IMG/VR virus record: IMGVR_UViG_3300037604_000080
Location: 1 to 42,151 of that record
Source: a virus
Lineage: Duplodnaviria > Caudoviricetes
Length of the DNA stretch: 42,151 bases
Reading direction: 5' to 3' (one strand)
How positions within the stretch are numbered: position 1 is the first letter of the stretch; each line of letters opens with the position of its first letter. The position numbers were made by a program, and so were the translations under genes. Shown here piece after piece: positions 1 to 8,947 of the stretch. The notes under the pieces were generated by a model, which was not told where the DNA came from, did no database searches, and was given only the letters and a program-made list of their open reading frames with translations.

Positions 1-1080
1 TTACCAGTCCAGAGCCTCCAGCGCCGCCACGCCATCGGCGGCCAGAATCCGGCGCTGGACGCCCTTGGTGTAGACCTCGGAGGTCTTTGCCTGGGTGTGC
101 GACATGACCGCCATGATCTGGTGCTGAGTGCATCCCGACTCGGCCATCAGCTCGGCAACGGCCTTGCGGATGCCGTGAGATGACTTGTCGGGCAGGCCCG
201 CGTCATCGCACCAGCGGCGGACCTGGTTGCGCAGGCTTTCCGCGCTGGTGAAGGGGCGCCCGCGTTTTCCCAGGATGTAGGCGGGCCCCACAACGGTCAC
301 GGCCCGGGTCGCCTCGAAGAGCGGGCGGGCCATCGGGATGCTGACGAAGGCGGACCCACGCTTGCGCGGTTGCCATTCCAGGAAGATCTGGCCATCCCGG
401 ATCCGCTCATTTCCCCGCCCCAGCCAGATTGCATCCCCGATCCGGCAGGCCGTGAATGCCTGCAGGGTCAGCCAGAGGTGCGGGGTGCTGCCCTTCGCGT
501 GGCAGTCCTTGAACTTGCGCAGATCCTCTGCCGTCCAGGGTGTCGCGCCTCCAGCTGGACGGCGGTTGATGGCCGCGATTCCGGCAGCGGGGTTGTGTCC
601 AATCTCTCCGCGCTCGATCGCCCATTGATAGACGGCGCGGACGGTCTTGATCAGGTTGTCCGCGGCACCGGGCCGATCTGCCCAGGCGTCCCGGATCGCG
701 ACGAAGGCGGCGGGCGGGGCGTCCATGTCATAGTCGCCGTAGCGGTCTCCGGGCGTTTCCGCGTGGTCGCAGAGCCGTGTCAGGACACTCCGGCGCTGGC
801 GGAGCGTGTCTGGCGACATCTGGCCGGCCTCCACCATCTTGCGCAGGTAATCGAGGTATCGGGTGCAAAGCCAGTCCAGTGACCGTTCCACCGCAACAGG
901 CGTGTCGGGCTGATAGATCTGGCCGGCACGCGCGGCATAGTAGTGGTTCAGGAAGTCGGCGTGATCCGGCCCGACAGGCAGGGCGATCCGGCGCGACGTA
1001 TCACCCTCGACCCGGACCCGCCACCGCGGTGAGCCGTTCCGGTGTGTCTCGCGCAGGAGGCCGGGAAGTCTGACACGCAT
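1..1080 (-). CDS. int: Tyrosine recombinase, phage integrase
   Basis: Catalytic residues visible: R in TACRIGD, H-x-x-R in SSHGIRKA, H in MSHT, Y in SEVYTK. Confidence 0.95.
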   Translation of the reverse strand: MRVRLPGLLRETHRNGSPRWRVRVEGDTSRRIALPVGPDHADFLNHYYAARAGQIYQPDTPVAVERSLDWLCTRYLDYLRKMVEAGQMSPDTLRQRRSVLTRLCDHAETPGDRYGDYDMDAPPAAFVAIRDAWADRPGAADNLIKTVRAVYQWAIERGEIGHNPAAGIAAINRRPAGGATPWTAEDLRKFKDCHAKGSTPHLWLTLQAFTACRIGDAIWLGRGNERIRDGQIFLEWQPRKRGSAFVSIPMARPLFEATRAVTVVGPAYILGKRGRPFTSAESLRNQVRRWCDDAGLPDKSSHGIRKAVAELMAESGCTQHQIMAVMSHTQAKTSEVYTKGVQRRILAADGVAALEALDW

Positions 1081-1314
1081 CTATCCTGTCCGCCATTGTT
1101 TCGGTTTTGCCGGTGCCGGGACCGCTTGCAGCGGCGCCTGCCCATCATAGGGCAGGCCATCGGCCCAGGCGTCAAGATCGCGCCGGTCATAGAGCACGTT
1201 CCCCCCGTCGCGCTTGCAGGGCAGGTCGAGCTGGCGCAGCTTGCTGAGCGAGACGCCCAGGTAGTGCGCCGCCGCCTTGGCCTGCATCAGCCGTGGAGGG
1301 AACTGGTAGGTCAT
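1081..1314 (-). CDS. Excisionase-like HTH protein
   Basis: AAAHYLGVS...VLYDRRDLDAW (HTH_17/Xis pattern); directly upstream of int. Confidence 0.8.
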   Translation of the reverse strand: MTYQFPPRLMQAKAAAHYLGVSLSKLRQLDLPCKRDGGNVLYDRRDLDAWADGLPYDGQAPLQAVPAPAKPKQWRTG

Positions 1315-1592
1315 CTCGGCATCCCGTCATGGGTCGCGCCGTCCAGCGTGCGGCCGGCGCGGCGCATCCATGCGACGCATTTAGGCCAATCTTCTGGCGC
1401 GCCATCGAAATTGTCGGACAGCCAAAAACCGATCATCATGTCATCTGGCATGGCGTCGAATCCTTGGATCGACATGGACAAAAGGGAAAGGCCAAGTTCC
1501 ATGCGCAAAGCTGGCGCGCCGGTCACATCCGGCGGCTTCACGCTCCAACCCCAGTGCCAGCGCGTTTCGATTATTTTGCTGTTCTCAGCCAT
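1311..1592 (-). CDS. Hypothetical phage protein (start reassigned to MAENSK)
   Basis: GGAG RBS before the ATG at 1592; 4-nt overlap with the xis start. Confidence 0.6.
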   Translation of the reverse strand: MAENSKIIETRWHWGWSVKPPDVTGAPALRMELGLSLLSMSIQGFDAMPDDMMIGFWLSDNFDGAPEDWPKCVAWMRRAGRTLDGATHDGMPR

Positions 1593-1617
1593 TGGGGAGC
1601 TCCGGGGGTTGGGGTGG

Positions 1618-2100
1618 TTACGTGGCGTAGTCGATGACGAACAGGCGCTCACCGTCGATGGGAACTGCTAGAGTGCCGGTAAAGTCATCCCCGGCGATGC
1701 CTGGTCCTGACTGGTTCACCCACTCGGTTCCGACATCAGAAAAGCCGCTCTCCTGCTCTTTGAAATTGGACAGATCGAAATCTGCCCAGAGAACCACACG
1801 CGGATTGTGGGCGAAGCCATTGCTGTTCATTTCATCGCAGACTGCTGCGATTATCCGCGCCGGCTTTTCGGCGATCTCCTTCATTTTCAAGTCCCATGCG
1901 CACGCGCTCGAAAACTCAGGCGCCTCGTCCTCTCGCCACATACACATTTCGTCCTGTGGGCCATCTGGGCCATTGGGGCCGACACGCTCGGCGGCTTCCG
2001 CGAAGCTGTAGCGCCCTGCATTACGCTTGAGGCCTGTGTATCCTCTGGCGTCTGGGCGGTAGTAGAGGCCGCGCTTTTCGATCAGGAAAAGGTCGCTCAT
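1618..2100 (-). CDS. Hypothetical phage protein (MSDLFLIEK...)
   Basis: GAGGA RBS; ATGA overlap with the upstream gene; YRPDARGYT..AGRY motif common in early phage proteins. Confidence 0.65.
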   Translation of the reverse strand: MSDLFLIEKRGLYYRPDARGYTGLKRNAGRYSFAEAAERVGPNGPDGPQDEMCMWREDEAPEFSSACAWDLKMKEIAEKPARIIAAVCDEMNSNGFAHNPRVVLWADFDLSNFKEQESGFSDVGTEWVNQSGPGIAGDDFTGTLAVPIDGERLFVIDYAT

Positions 2101-2552
2101 GTCGTCCTCATCTGTTGCAGGGTGTCGGTCATCTGGCGGGGGTCGCAGTTGGCGAGGGCCAGCAGGACGTCCGCGTGGCATGTGGCGCCGGGCTTGCACC
2201 AGCAGGCGAGGTCTTTGCCGCGCAGCATGTGGATGTGGGAAAAGATCGTCCGCCGCCGCGCGGCCATGTGGTCCCAGAATGCCCGATCTCCGGACTGAGA
2301 GACGTAGGCCGGGCGCAGGTTGCGCGGGATCGCGTATCCAATCAGCCAGCAGACATAGGCATCGACGGCCTCGGTCGCGGTCAGATTTGCGGTCACAGGC
2401 TGGGTCCGCAGCGCGCCCAACAGGTGAAAGCGCACCTCTCCCGGTGCGCCCACCTTCCACGGGTTTCCCCAGCGGGTCGCACGGTCAACCTTCACGGTGT
2501 CCACTGGCATCCGCGAGCCCTTGGCGCGGGGCAGTTGGATGCGGGCGGTCAT
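2097..2552 (-). CDS. DUF4326-family protein
   Basis: VDRATRWGNPW and LRGKDLACWCKPGATCHADVLLALAN motifs; GGAGGA RBS. Confidence 0.85.
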   Translation of the reverse strand: MTARIQLPRAKGSRMPVDTVKVDRATRWGNPWKVGAPGEVRFHLLGALRTQPVTANLTATEAVDAYVCWLIGYAIPRNLRPAYVSQSGDRAFWDHMAARRRTIFSHIHMLRGKDLACWCKPGATCHADVLLALANCDPRQMTDTLQQMRTT

Positions 2553-2821
2553 CTGGCTTTCCTCCTGTCCCTGCACTTCATCGCCAGTTGGCGCATGGTG
2601 ATTTCGACGGCGCCGTGCTGGACTGCTAGGGCGCGTTTGCTGGTGGCGATGTCGAAATGCTCGTTGGCCGTGCCGCGCTTCTGGATCCAGCGCCGGGCCA
2701 CGCCGATCTTGTCGGCCATCGCCAGCAGCTCGTCGGTCGAGTCTGCGATCATGTGGCACATCTTCATCCGACCGTACTGGCCCAGCGGTGTGCGGTGCAT
2801 GTCATCGACGTAGACGGTCAT
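2549..2821 (-). CDS. DUF4031-family protein
   Basis: MTVYVDD...MCHMIADSTDELLAMADKIGVARRWIQ...HFDI pattern. Confidence 0.85.
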   Translation of the reverse strand: MTVYVDDMHRTPLGQYGRMKMCHMIADSTDELLAMADKIGVARRWIQKRGTANEHFDIATSKRALAVQHGAVEITMRQLAMKCRDRRKAR

Positions 2822-3510
2822 GCTGCCACCTCCTGCTCTAAGGCGTAGCCGCCCCATTGGTCTGCGGCGGCGGTCATCATGCCGGGGAAGGACCGGCTGC
2901 GGAGGCGGGCGCGCTCGGGGCCGGGTGGCATCCGGTGAACCTTGTTCCAGGCTTTCCATTCGTCTGAGCCGCGTTCCGGTTCCGGCAGGCGGTCGGTCTC
3001 GATCAGTTCGGGCAGGCCGCGCAGATACCAGCCGGTGGACTTGTAGGCGGGTTCGCCGAACCAGAAAGGCTGCACCATCTGCGGTGCGGGCAGGTCTGCG
3101 GGCATCCGGTCGCGCGCCAGGTCGTTCATTTCCGGGTTCTCGATGGCCACGCGCGCGATCGGCGCGGCCCAGCAGGCCGTGAAAATCTCGACGCCGGTTT
3201 CAAACTCGGCGCGCATGTCGGCCCAGCTGCGGCCCTGCGGCAGGCGCTTGGGCGGAGTCCATTTGCCAGCGCCGCTCATCCACCGGCGGCCTGAGCGGCA
3301 AAGCCTTGTGCAGGGTGGGTGCATGAGGGCCAGCAGATCCCAGCCCTCGGTCAGGATGCCGTCGCGAATGTCACAGATGCGGTGCCGGTTGCTGCCGTCC
3401 TCGGCCGGTTCGATGTCGCAGGACCAGACGTCATGCCCGCGCGCGGCAAAGGCGCGCCGGGCGATGCCGGACGTCTCGCAACCGATGAGGACGCGCAGCG
3501 GGCGGGTCAT
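2818..3510 (-). CDS. Phage DNA cytosine methyltransferase-like protein
   Basis: N-terminal SAM-binding-like LIGCETSG, catalytic HPPCT, and IENP motif. Confidence 0.75.
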   Translation of the reverse strand: MTRPLRVLIGCETSGIARRAFAARGHDVWSCDIEPAEDGSNRHRICDIRDGILTEGWDLLALMHPPCTRLCRSGRRWMSGAGKWTPPKRLPQGRSWADMRAEFETGVEIFTACWAAPIARVAIENPEMNDLARDRMPADLPAPQMVQPFWFGEPAYKSTGWYLRGLPELIETDRLPEPERGSDEWKAWNKVHRMPPGPERARLRSRSFPGMMTAAADQWGGYALEQEVAA

Positions 3511-4241
3511 GCTGCCTGGCCGCTGGCGCGGTCCAGTTCGTCGCGCAGGCGCAGGACGGTCAGCAGGGCCTTCTGGTTCTCGATCGTCACCTCGGGCATC
3601 AGCGCCTTCCAGCGCTGGCTGGCGGCGTCCTTTTCGAGGCCTGCCGTATTGGCGGCATGGCTCATGCCATCGCCGCGCATGATGGATTCAACAAGGTTCA
3701 GATCCGACTGCGGGCTGTGCGGGGCCGGGTAACCCAGGGCGCGGAGGCGACGTTCCGCCGCCTTTTCGCGGGCCGTGCCGAGGCCGTCGAGCGACAAGGC
3801 CAGCCCGGTTTCGCCGGGGTCTCGGGTGGTCGCGGCGGGCGCGGGGGCAGGCGTCGGCTCGGGTTCGTCGCTTTCTTCGTCCTGCGCCTGTTTCAGGGCC
3901 TTGAGCCGCTTGGCCACGGCCTGCCAGCTGCGCCCGACCTTGGGGGCGATCTGTTTGACCGGCGTGCCCTTCCTGGCCTCATCCAGCAGGGTCATGTCCT
4001 CTTCGTCGGTCCAGTCGCCGGGTTTGGGGGCGGCGGGCGTGCTGATCGGTGACGACGCGGCACCGGCTAGGCGCAGCATGATCGACAGCTTGCCCTTGCT
4101 GTCGGTTTCGACGTCCATTGCCAGTTGGTCCTCCTCCAGCGTGTGGGCATGTTTCATGAGGGCGTCGCAAAGGGCGACTTGCGCCTGCGCCAACCGCAGT
4201 TCCGCCTGGCGGGCATTCCGGAGATCTTCGAGCGTCGTCAT
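3507..4241 (-). CDS. Hypothetical protein with Myb/GcrA-like HTH
   Basis: WTDEEDMTLL...IAPKVGRSWQAV..RL, with a second degenerate copy near the C-terminus. Confidence 0.65.
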   Translation of the reverse strand: MTTLEDLRNARQAELRLAQAQVALCDALMKHAHTLEEDQLAMDVETDSKGKLSIMLRLAGAASSPISTPAAPKPGDWTDEEDMTLLDEARKGTPVKQIAPKVGRSWQAVAKRLKALKQAQDEESDEPEPTPAPAPAATTRDPGETGLALSLDGLGTAREKAAERRLRALGYPAPHSPQSDLNLVESIMRGDGMSHAANTAGLEKDAASQRWKALMPEVTIENQKALLTVLRLRDELDRASGQAA

Positions 4242-4271
4242 GGGATTTCCTTTCTGGGTGGGGATGGCGGG

Positions 4272-4931
4272 TCAGCTCATGCCAAGCGCGGCTTTGTACA
4301 TGTCCAGCAGCGCCTCTTCTTCGGCGATGTCGTCGGGGTCGCGCTTGCGCAGGGCGATGAGCTTTTTCAGGATCTTGGTGTCGTAGCCGCGGCCCTTGGC
4401 CTCGGCCATGACCTCCTTGATCTGGCCGGCGATCTCGGCCTTTTCCTCTTCGAGCCGTTCGACCCGTTCGATGAAACTGCGCAACTCGCCCGCCGCGACG
4501 CCGTAGGCATTGTCGGCGACGGCGCGGTCGGCCTCTGTTTCCTTCATCGGGGTGCGTCCGGGCAGGTGGGCGGTGGCCTCTGCCATTGCGCGGGTAATCT
4601 GGCCCTGTGCCTGGTAGGCGAAGGCGATGGCCTTGCGCAGATCCTCTGGCGCCACGACCTCACGCTTGCCGACCTGGCTGGCGGGGCTGACGATGCCGCG
4701 TTCCTCCATCGTGTCGACCATGCGGGCGGCACGGTTGTAGCCGATCCCCAGCTCGCGCTGGACGTAGGACGTGCTGCACTTGCCTTCGCGGATCACCAGG
4801 GCGGCGGCCTTGATGTAGAGCGGGTCGTTGCCTTCCTTCGCGACGTCAATGGCCCCGATCATGTCCTCGTGCGTAAAGGGTTCCGAGGTTTGCCCGTCCG
4901 GCCCGGTGATTGTCATCGTCATGTCGGTCAT
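4272..4931 (-). CDS. FtsK gamma domain fused to DUF2312/GapR nucleoid-associated domain
   Basis: DPLY..A..LV...[30 protein letters not shown] (FtsK-gamma), followed by [15 protein letters not shown]...[10 protein letters not shown]...[11 protein letters not shown] (GapR). Confidence 0.88.
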   Translation of the reverse strand: MTDMTMTITGPDGQTSEPFTHEDMIGAIDVAKEGNDPLYIKAAALVIREGKCSTSYVQRELGIGYNRAARMVDTMEERGIVSPASQVGKREVVAPEDLRKAIAFAYQAQGQITRAMAEATAHLPGRTPMKETEADRAVADNAYGVAAGELRSFIERVERLEEEKAEIAGQIKEVMAEAKGRGYDTKILKKLIALRKRDPDDIAEEEALLDMYKAALGMS

Positions 4932-5098
4932 TGCGGCGTCCCTTGCTGGTAGCGCAGGCCGAAGCTGATGAACCTGCGGGCGTCCTGGATGTCGTCAGGG
5001 TTGCCCACCTCGATCAGCAGGCGGGCTGCGTCGCGGATCGTGGCGTCGTCGTGATCGGCGGGCAGGGCGAGGATGGCGCGGGCCTCGGCGGGGGTCAT
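4928..5098 (-). CDS. Small hypothetical protein ([12 protein letters not shown]...)
   Basis: ATGA overlaps on both sides within the early-left operon. Confidence 0.55.
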   Translation of the reverse strand: MTPAEARAILALPADHDDATIRDAARLLIEVGNPDDIQDARRFISFGLRYQQGTPQ

Positions 5099-5280
5099 GT
5101 CAGGCCCCGCGCGTAGAGGGTCAGGCCTGCCGTGACGGCGACGAAGAGGGTGACCAGACAGACCGCGGCCTGACGTTCGCCGCGCCGCATGATGGGCCAT
5201 TCGCGGCCCAGCATCAGCGTCATGACGGCGGTGGCGATCAGCAGGACGCCCGCGACGATGCTGATGATGGTCTGCATCAC
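5095..5280 (-). CDS. Small two-TM membrane protein
   Basis: Two hydrophobic stretches; overlapping starts and stops with neighbours. Confidence 0.6.
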   Translation of the reverse strand: MMQTIISIVAGVLLIATAVMTLMLGREWPIMRRGERQAAVCLVTLFVAVTAGLTLYARGLT

Positions 5281-5552
5281 GGTGTCCCGAGGGTCAGGCG
5301 CGCGGCGGCCAGCGCCGCGATCGCGAGGATCGGCAGGGCAAACGCCCAGCGGCGGCGCCTGCGGCGGGCAGTCTCGCGTTCCGCGACCTCGGCGGCCAGT
5401 GCCGAAAGGTGCAGGCGCGGGGGGACCTGGTTGATGGGACGGGTGTCGGCGCGTGGCGCCTCACCCATGCCGATGTCGCCCAGGCCCGCATCACTGGTGC
5501 CGTAGGTGTGTTCGGCGATCTGCTGACCGCCCGATTGGTCATGCGGGGTCAT
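5277..5552 (-). CDS. Hypothetical protein with C-terminal TM helix
   Basis: Operon coupling; RRRRR followed by a hydrophobic helix. Confidence 0.55.
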   Translation of the reverse strand: MTPHDQSGGQQIAEHTYGTSDAGLGDIGMGEAPRADTRPINQVPPRLHLSALAAEVAERETARRRRRRWAFALPILAIAALAAARLTLGTP

Positions 5553-5815
5553 GCGGCACCGCCTTCCGACCGGTGCCGCGCGATGGCGGCGCGGGTGGCG
5601 GGCAGGGCGTGGGCGAGGGCGGCGTCGATTTCGTTGACCGGGGTGGGCAGGCGCAGGAGGCGCGAGAGGCGCTGCGGTTCGATGGCGGCGCTGGTGCCGT
5701 CTTCGAGCTGCTGGCGGGCTTTCAGCCGCAGCCAGGCGTCCAGGCTAGTGATCCGGTCAACCGCGCCCGAGGGCGGCACGACCAGGTCGGCGGTGAAATC
5801 GCGGGGGATACGCAT
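5549..5815 (-). CDS. First gene of early-left operon, hypothetical (MRIPRDF...)
   Basis: GGAGG RBS; ATGA overlap with the next gene. Confidence 0.6.
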   Translation of the reverse strand: MRIPRDFTADLVVPPSGAVDRITSLDAWLRLKARQQLEDGTSAAIEPQRLSRLLRLPTPVNEIDAALAHALPATRAAIARHRSEGGAA

Positions 5816-5899
5816 AGAGCCTCCATCCAAGTGCCCGCCTGACGGCGAGCGGGTGTGTCCCGGCGGGTGCATCGCGGGGGATGTGGCCGGGCTGGGATG

Positions 5900-5955
5900 A
5901 AGTGTGTAGAGCAAAAACGCTCAATATAAGTCAAGTAAAACCGCACACGCTCAAC
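5900..5955 (-). promoter_or_regulatory. PL-like promoter with repressor operator OL (GAGCAAAAACGCTC, 5909-5922)
   Basis: Minus-strand TTGACT -35 with a palindromic GAGC-N6-GCTC just downstream; the same motif recurs three times between cI and cro. Confidence 0.7.
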
Positions 5956-6020
5956 GCGCGGGCGCTCGGCTTAGGAGTTTTGATTCGTGTCTCGCGGCGC
6001 GTAGACGGCCGGTCTTCGGG

Positions 6021-6389
6021 TTAAGCGATGCCGATGACAATGCTGCCGTTTTCTCCGTTTGATAGGGAGAACGCGACTGAGATTTGATTCCCGAACCGGT
6101 TTGAACTCAGCAGCGCGGTGCCTGTCGCGCCGTTGTTGCATTCCAGGGGGATCGTCTTGTTGGCGGACTTTGCGATCCCTTTGCTTGAGGCAAAGACGGA
6201 CCGGCACTGCCACCCTTTGGGACTTCTGATGAATAGCTCATGGGCTGCACCGAGCGGGTCGACTAGGATCTCGCCTGCGATGGCTTCGCCGCGTTGGGTT
6301 GATCCGCTACCGCCAACGGGTACGGGAGTGCATGCGGGCAGAGTGATGGTCACAAGGGTAGCCGAAAAGAGCGCTTGGTGAAAATTCAT
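6021..6389 (-). CDS. Lipoprotein (cargo)
   Basis: Signal peptide with lipobox-like LPAC; lower GC than the phage core. Confidence 0.7.
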   Translation of the reverse strand: MNFHQALFSATLVTITLPACTPVPVGGSGSTQRGEAIAGEILVDPLGAAHELFIRSPKGWQCRSVFASSKGIAKSANKTIPLECNNGATGTALLSSNRFGNQISVAFSLSNGENGSIVIGIA

Positions 6390-6499
6390 TATATCTGTCC
6401 TTTAGGGCGCTTGGATGCTTGCTTGCCAATGGTCCAGCCTGGCGCTGTCTCAGCGGAAACGTGCATCGGCGATGCAATCCTATGCGGAGGGTTGTTCAA

Positions 6500-7753
6500 T
6501 CACCTAGTATATGCGAGCAGGTTTTGTTCTAGAATTCGTCGATCGTCATTTTCACATTCTAATTTATCAAACATCGGTCCAAAGTCTTTTAAGACAGCGG
6601 TCCAGCCGCGAACACTACGCTGACGTTGAAAATTTGTCGCCTGAATGACTGGCGCGAAGCTTTCCAATGCGTCGAAGGGTTGCTCATATCTCGTATCTGT
6701 TTCTGATACGACCGTGTTCCCAACTAGAGTTTGAGTAAGCGCCCCCCCGCTTGCAACAAGAGACACCACCGCGTCACCACATGCTCCGAGGAAACCAAAC
6801 CGAGCAGTACCATATGCAGCTACGAAGTGGTCATACCGTGGCGGCGATCCGGCCGTCAAAATGCGCTCCCATTGGGTACCTCCGTAGGTGGTGTAGCTTT
6901 CCCAATCAACTCCGGCTAGGAAGTTTAGCGCCTCAAAAGACCCGTCGAAGAAAAGGCGAGCGCGAAAGCTTATTGGATCACTTGCCGGGCCGAATATATC
7001 ATCGCGGGATGCCGCCCGGAGTTGCTCTTCTACGATCGGGTCGGCGGCAAAGAGGCTAACAATACGCTCCTCTCCCGCTGCCGTACGTATGGCCACGTCC
7101 GCCGAGCCACTGCGCTCCAGACCTTGCTGAATATAGAAAATATGGGCGCGCGGATCACCGGCGCCTCTATCGACGTGTAGGATTAAGTCTCCTTGTCGAA
7201 TTCCTAAAAGCGCGGGAATACTTCCTTCTACCACACCAGTAACAACGGAAGTTGGCCCGATACCACGTTCCGACGGACCTGATCCTAGAAATAGCCCCAA
7301 GCTGGTGTCGCCCGCCACTGTACCCTCCGGAAGCTGAGTTTGCAGTTGATCTGGCGACGGCTGCGGCACATCGCCGACAATCAGTTCCGCTTGTCCCTGC
7401 CAGCGCTGCGGGGTTGAAAACTCTATGAGCCATTTACTTTGGGCGGTGTCCCAAGCAGAGACATGGAAACTATCTGTACTCGGGCAATCTGCACCAGTTA
7501 ATATGGCTTGAAATTCCACTCCTCCGTTTTCGATCATTGAAGAATGAATATCGTCAATCCAATCTGGTGTAATGAGGTGTCCTTCGCAATTTATGTTTGG
7601 AAAAATTACCAGCGGATGATTGTCCACCACTGAAATAACGATATCAATCGCCTGATCTCCTCGGGTCACCGATGCTGATAGCTGCAGATCATCGGCATGC
7701 AAATCGGTTGATATCGCGATCAGAAATAAGACAGAAGAAATTCGAGTCAGCAT
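6500..7753 (-). CDS. Secreted PDZ-domain protein with an unnamed C-terminal domain (cargo)
   Basis: Signal peptide MLTRISSVLFLIAISTDLHA; PDZ motif LGLFL...VVTGVVEGSIPALLGIRQGDLILHVD; GGAG RBS; lower GC. Confidence 0.75.
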   Translation of the reverse strand: MLTRISSVLFLIAISTDLHADDLQLSASVTRGDQAIDIVISVVDNHPLVIFPNINCEGHLITPDWIDDIHSSMIENGGVEFQAILTGADCPSTDSFHVSAWDTAQSKWLIEFSTPQRWQGQAELIVGDVPQPSPDQLQTQLPEGTVAGDTSLGLFLGSGPSERGIGPTSVVTGVVEGSIPALLGIRQGDLILHVDRGAGDPRAHIFYIQQGLERSGSADVAIRTAAGEERIVSLFAADPIVEEQLRAASRDDIFGPASDPISFRARLFFDGSFEALNFLAGVDWESYTTYGGTQWERILTAGSPPRYDHFVAAYGTARFGFLGACGDAVVSLVASGGALTQTLVGNTVVSETDTRYEQPFDALESFAPVIQATNFQRQRSVRGWTAVLKDFGPMFDKLECENDDRRILEQNLLAYTR

Positions 7754-7811
7754 GAATTTTGGCTCCAATCAAGAACTGCAAAACAGGAGCACGCTGTGGT
7801 CCCGGAGGCAA

Positions 7812-8174
7812 CCGACATTCTCCAAGTGGCGTGCTTGTTGATTTGAATATCTCGTGAATCTGGCCTGCTGGACAAGTGTTTTCTGCCGCGGGGGTGGGGG
7901 GGGGGGGGCGTGCAGCGCGACTGACGCCAGACCGGACAGCCCCAGTGCCTCATCCAGTTCGCGCATCACCAGGGGGCCGCCGTCCGAACTGATCTGCGCA
8001 CCCCGGAACTGCAGCCGCACACGACGGTCGAAATTGACCCGATCTGCCCGCTGCGAGCCCGCACCCTCTGGGTGATCCATGAAACACGCCCCTCGTAGAC
8101 ATCAACGCAATGATATGTAACGAAAATATCCAGATAAAGACGGCAAAATCAGCGACTTGCTTGGGGAGTGTGGG
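7812..8174 (-). mobile_element. Internally deleted IS1380-family element (5' transposase fragment plus both ends)
   Basis: MDHPEGAG..RADRVNFDRRVRLQFRGAQISSDGG.LVMRELD matches the IS1380 transposase N-terminus. Imperfect terminal IRs: CCCACACTCCCCAAG / CCGACATTCTCCAAG. Confidence 0.82.
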
Positions 8175-8186
8175 CTCAGGGGTGCC

Positions 8187-8624
8187 TTAGTCGAGCATGG
8201 ACTCAATGGCGTCGAGTTTCGCGCGTAATTTGGCAATGCCGTCGCGGTCAACGGTCGCGACGATCTGGGCGATTGGCCCGACCACGGCAACCTTTATCTC
8301 GTTGACGGACTGGGCGTTCGGCGCTGCCGGTTCAGTGTCCAATTTCGAAAGTGCTTCGTCTGCCACGGTCCGGGGGCGCGGCTGGCTTGGGGCGTTGCGG
8401 TAGACGGAAATGGGTTCTTGGAAGTCCTTCGGGACGAAGTCCGCTGGGTCTATCCCGGTCGCTTGGTAAATCGCGGCGACAGTCTTGGCTGACAGGGGCT
8501 CTTTCAGTCGCAATGGTCTGTTGATGGTCGATGCCGCGACGCCAATTTCCTCGGCCAGTCGGTTCATCGACCACTCTTTCGCATCAAGAACGTGGGTCAG
8601 GTATTCGGCGGTCCAATTCGTCAT
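8187..8624 (-). CDS. CI-like XRE-family repressor (no S24 peptidase domain)
   Basis: HTH SMNRLAEEIGVAASTINR; divergent from cro across an operator-rich gap. Confidence 0.8.
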   Translation of the reverse strand: MTNWTAEYLTHVLDAKEWSMNRLAEEIGVAASTINRPLRLKEPLSAKTVAAIYQATGIDPADFVPKDFQEPISVYRNAPSQPRPRTVADEALSKLDTEPAAPNAQSVNEIKVAVVGPIAQIVATVDRDGIAKLRAKLDAIESMLD

Positions 8625-8639
8625 GAGGTGATCATGCGA

Positions 8640-8705
8640 TTATGAGCAGAAACGCGCATCAAGCAAAAATGCTCTTGACCGAAGTGGAGCGAAAAAGCAC
8701 AAAAG
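8640..8705. promoter_or_regulatory. OR region: three operators and PR
   Basis: GAGCAGAAACGCGC (8644-8657), AAGCAAAAATGCTC (8661-8674) and GAGCGAAAAAGCAC (8687-8700); TTGACC -35 at 8675. Confidence 0.72.
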
Positions 8706-8731
8706 GGGTTACGTAAACCGAAAGGCGTAGC

Positions 8732-8947
8732 ATGTCCGTTGTCGAGCAGCTTGCGAAGATTGAGGGCCGGTTGGGCGAGGCGGGCATTTCCGTGGCGGCC
8801 CTTTGCCGGGAGGCAAGTATCGCACAATCGACTTGGCAGCGTTGGAAATCCGGTGCGCACTACCCCAATCTCCGAAACCTCGAAGCCGTGGAAAAAGCGT
8901 GCGGTGACCTGTGTCGTGGGTCCACACAGACCGGAGACGCCGCATGA
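8732..8947 (+). CDS. Cro-like HTH protein
   Basis: ISVAALCREASIAQSTWQRWKSG HTH; divergent from the repressor. Confidence 0.82.
   Translation: MSVVEQLAKIEGRLGEAGISVAALCREASIAQSTWQRWKSGAHYPNLRNLEAVEKACGDLCRGSTQTGDAA

Noticed and set aside
7769-8080. Functional transposase
   Set aside because: Only about 55 N-terminal residues match IS1380; the catalytic DDE region is deleted, and no target-site duplication flanks the element.
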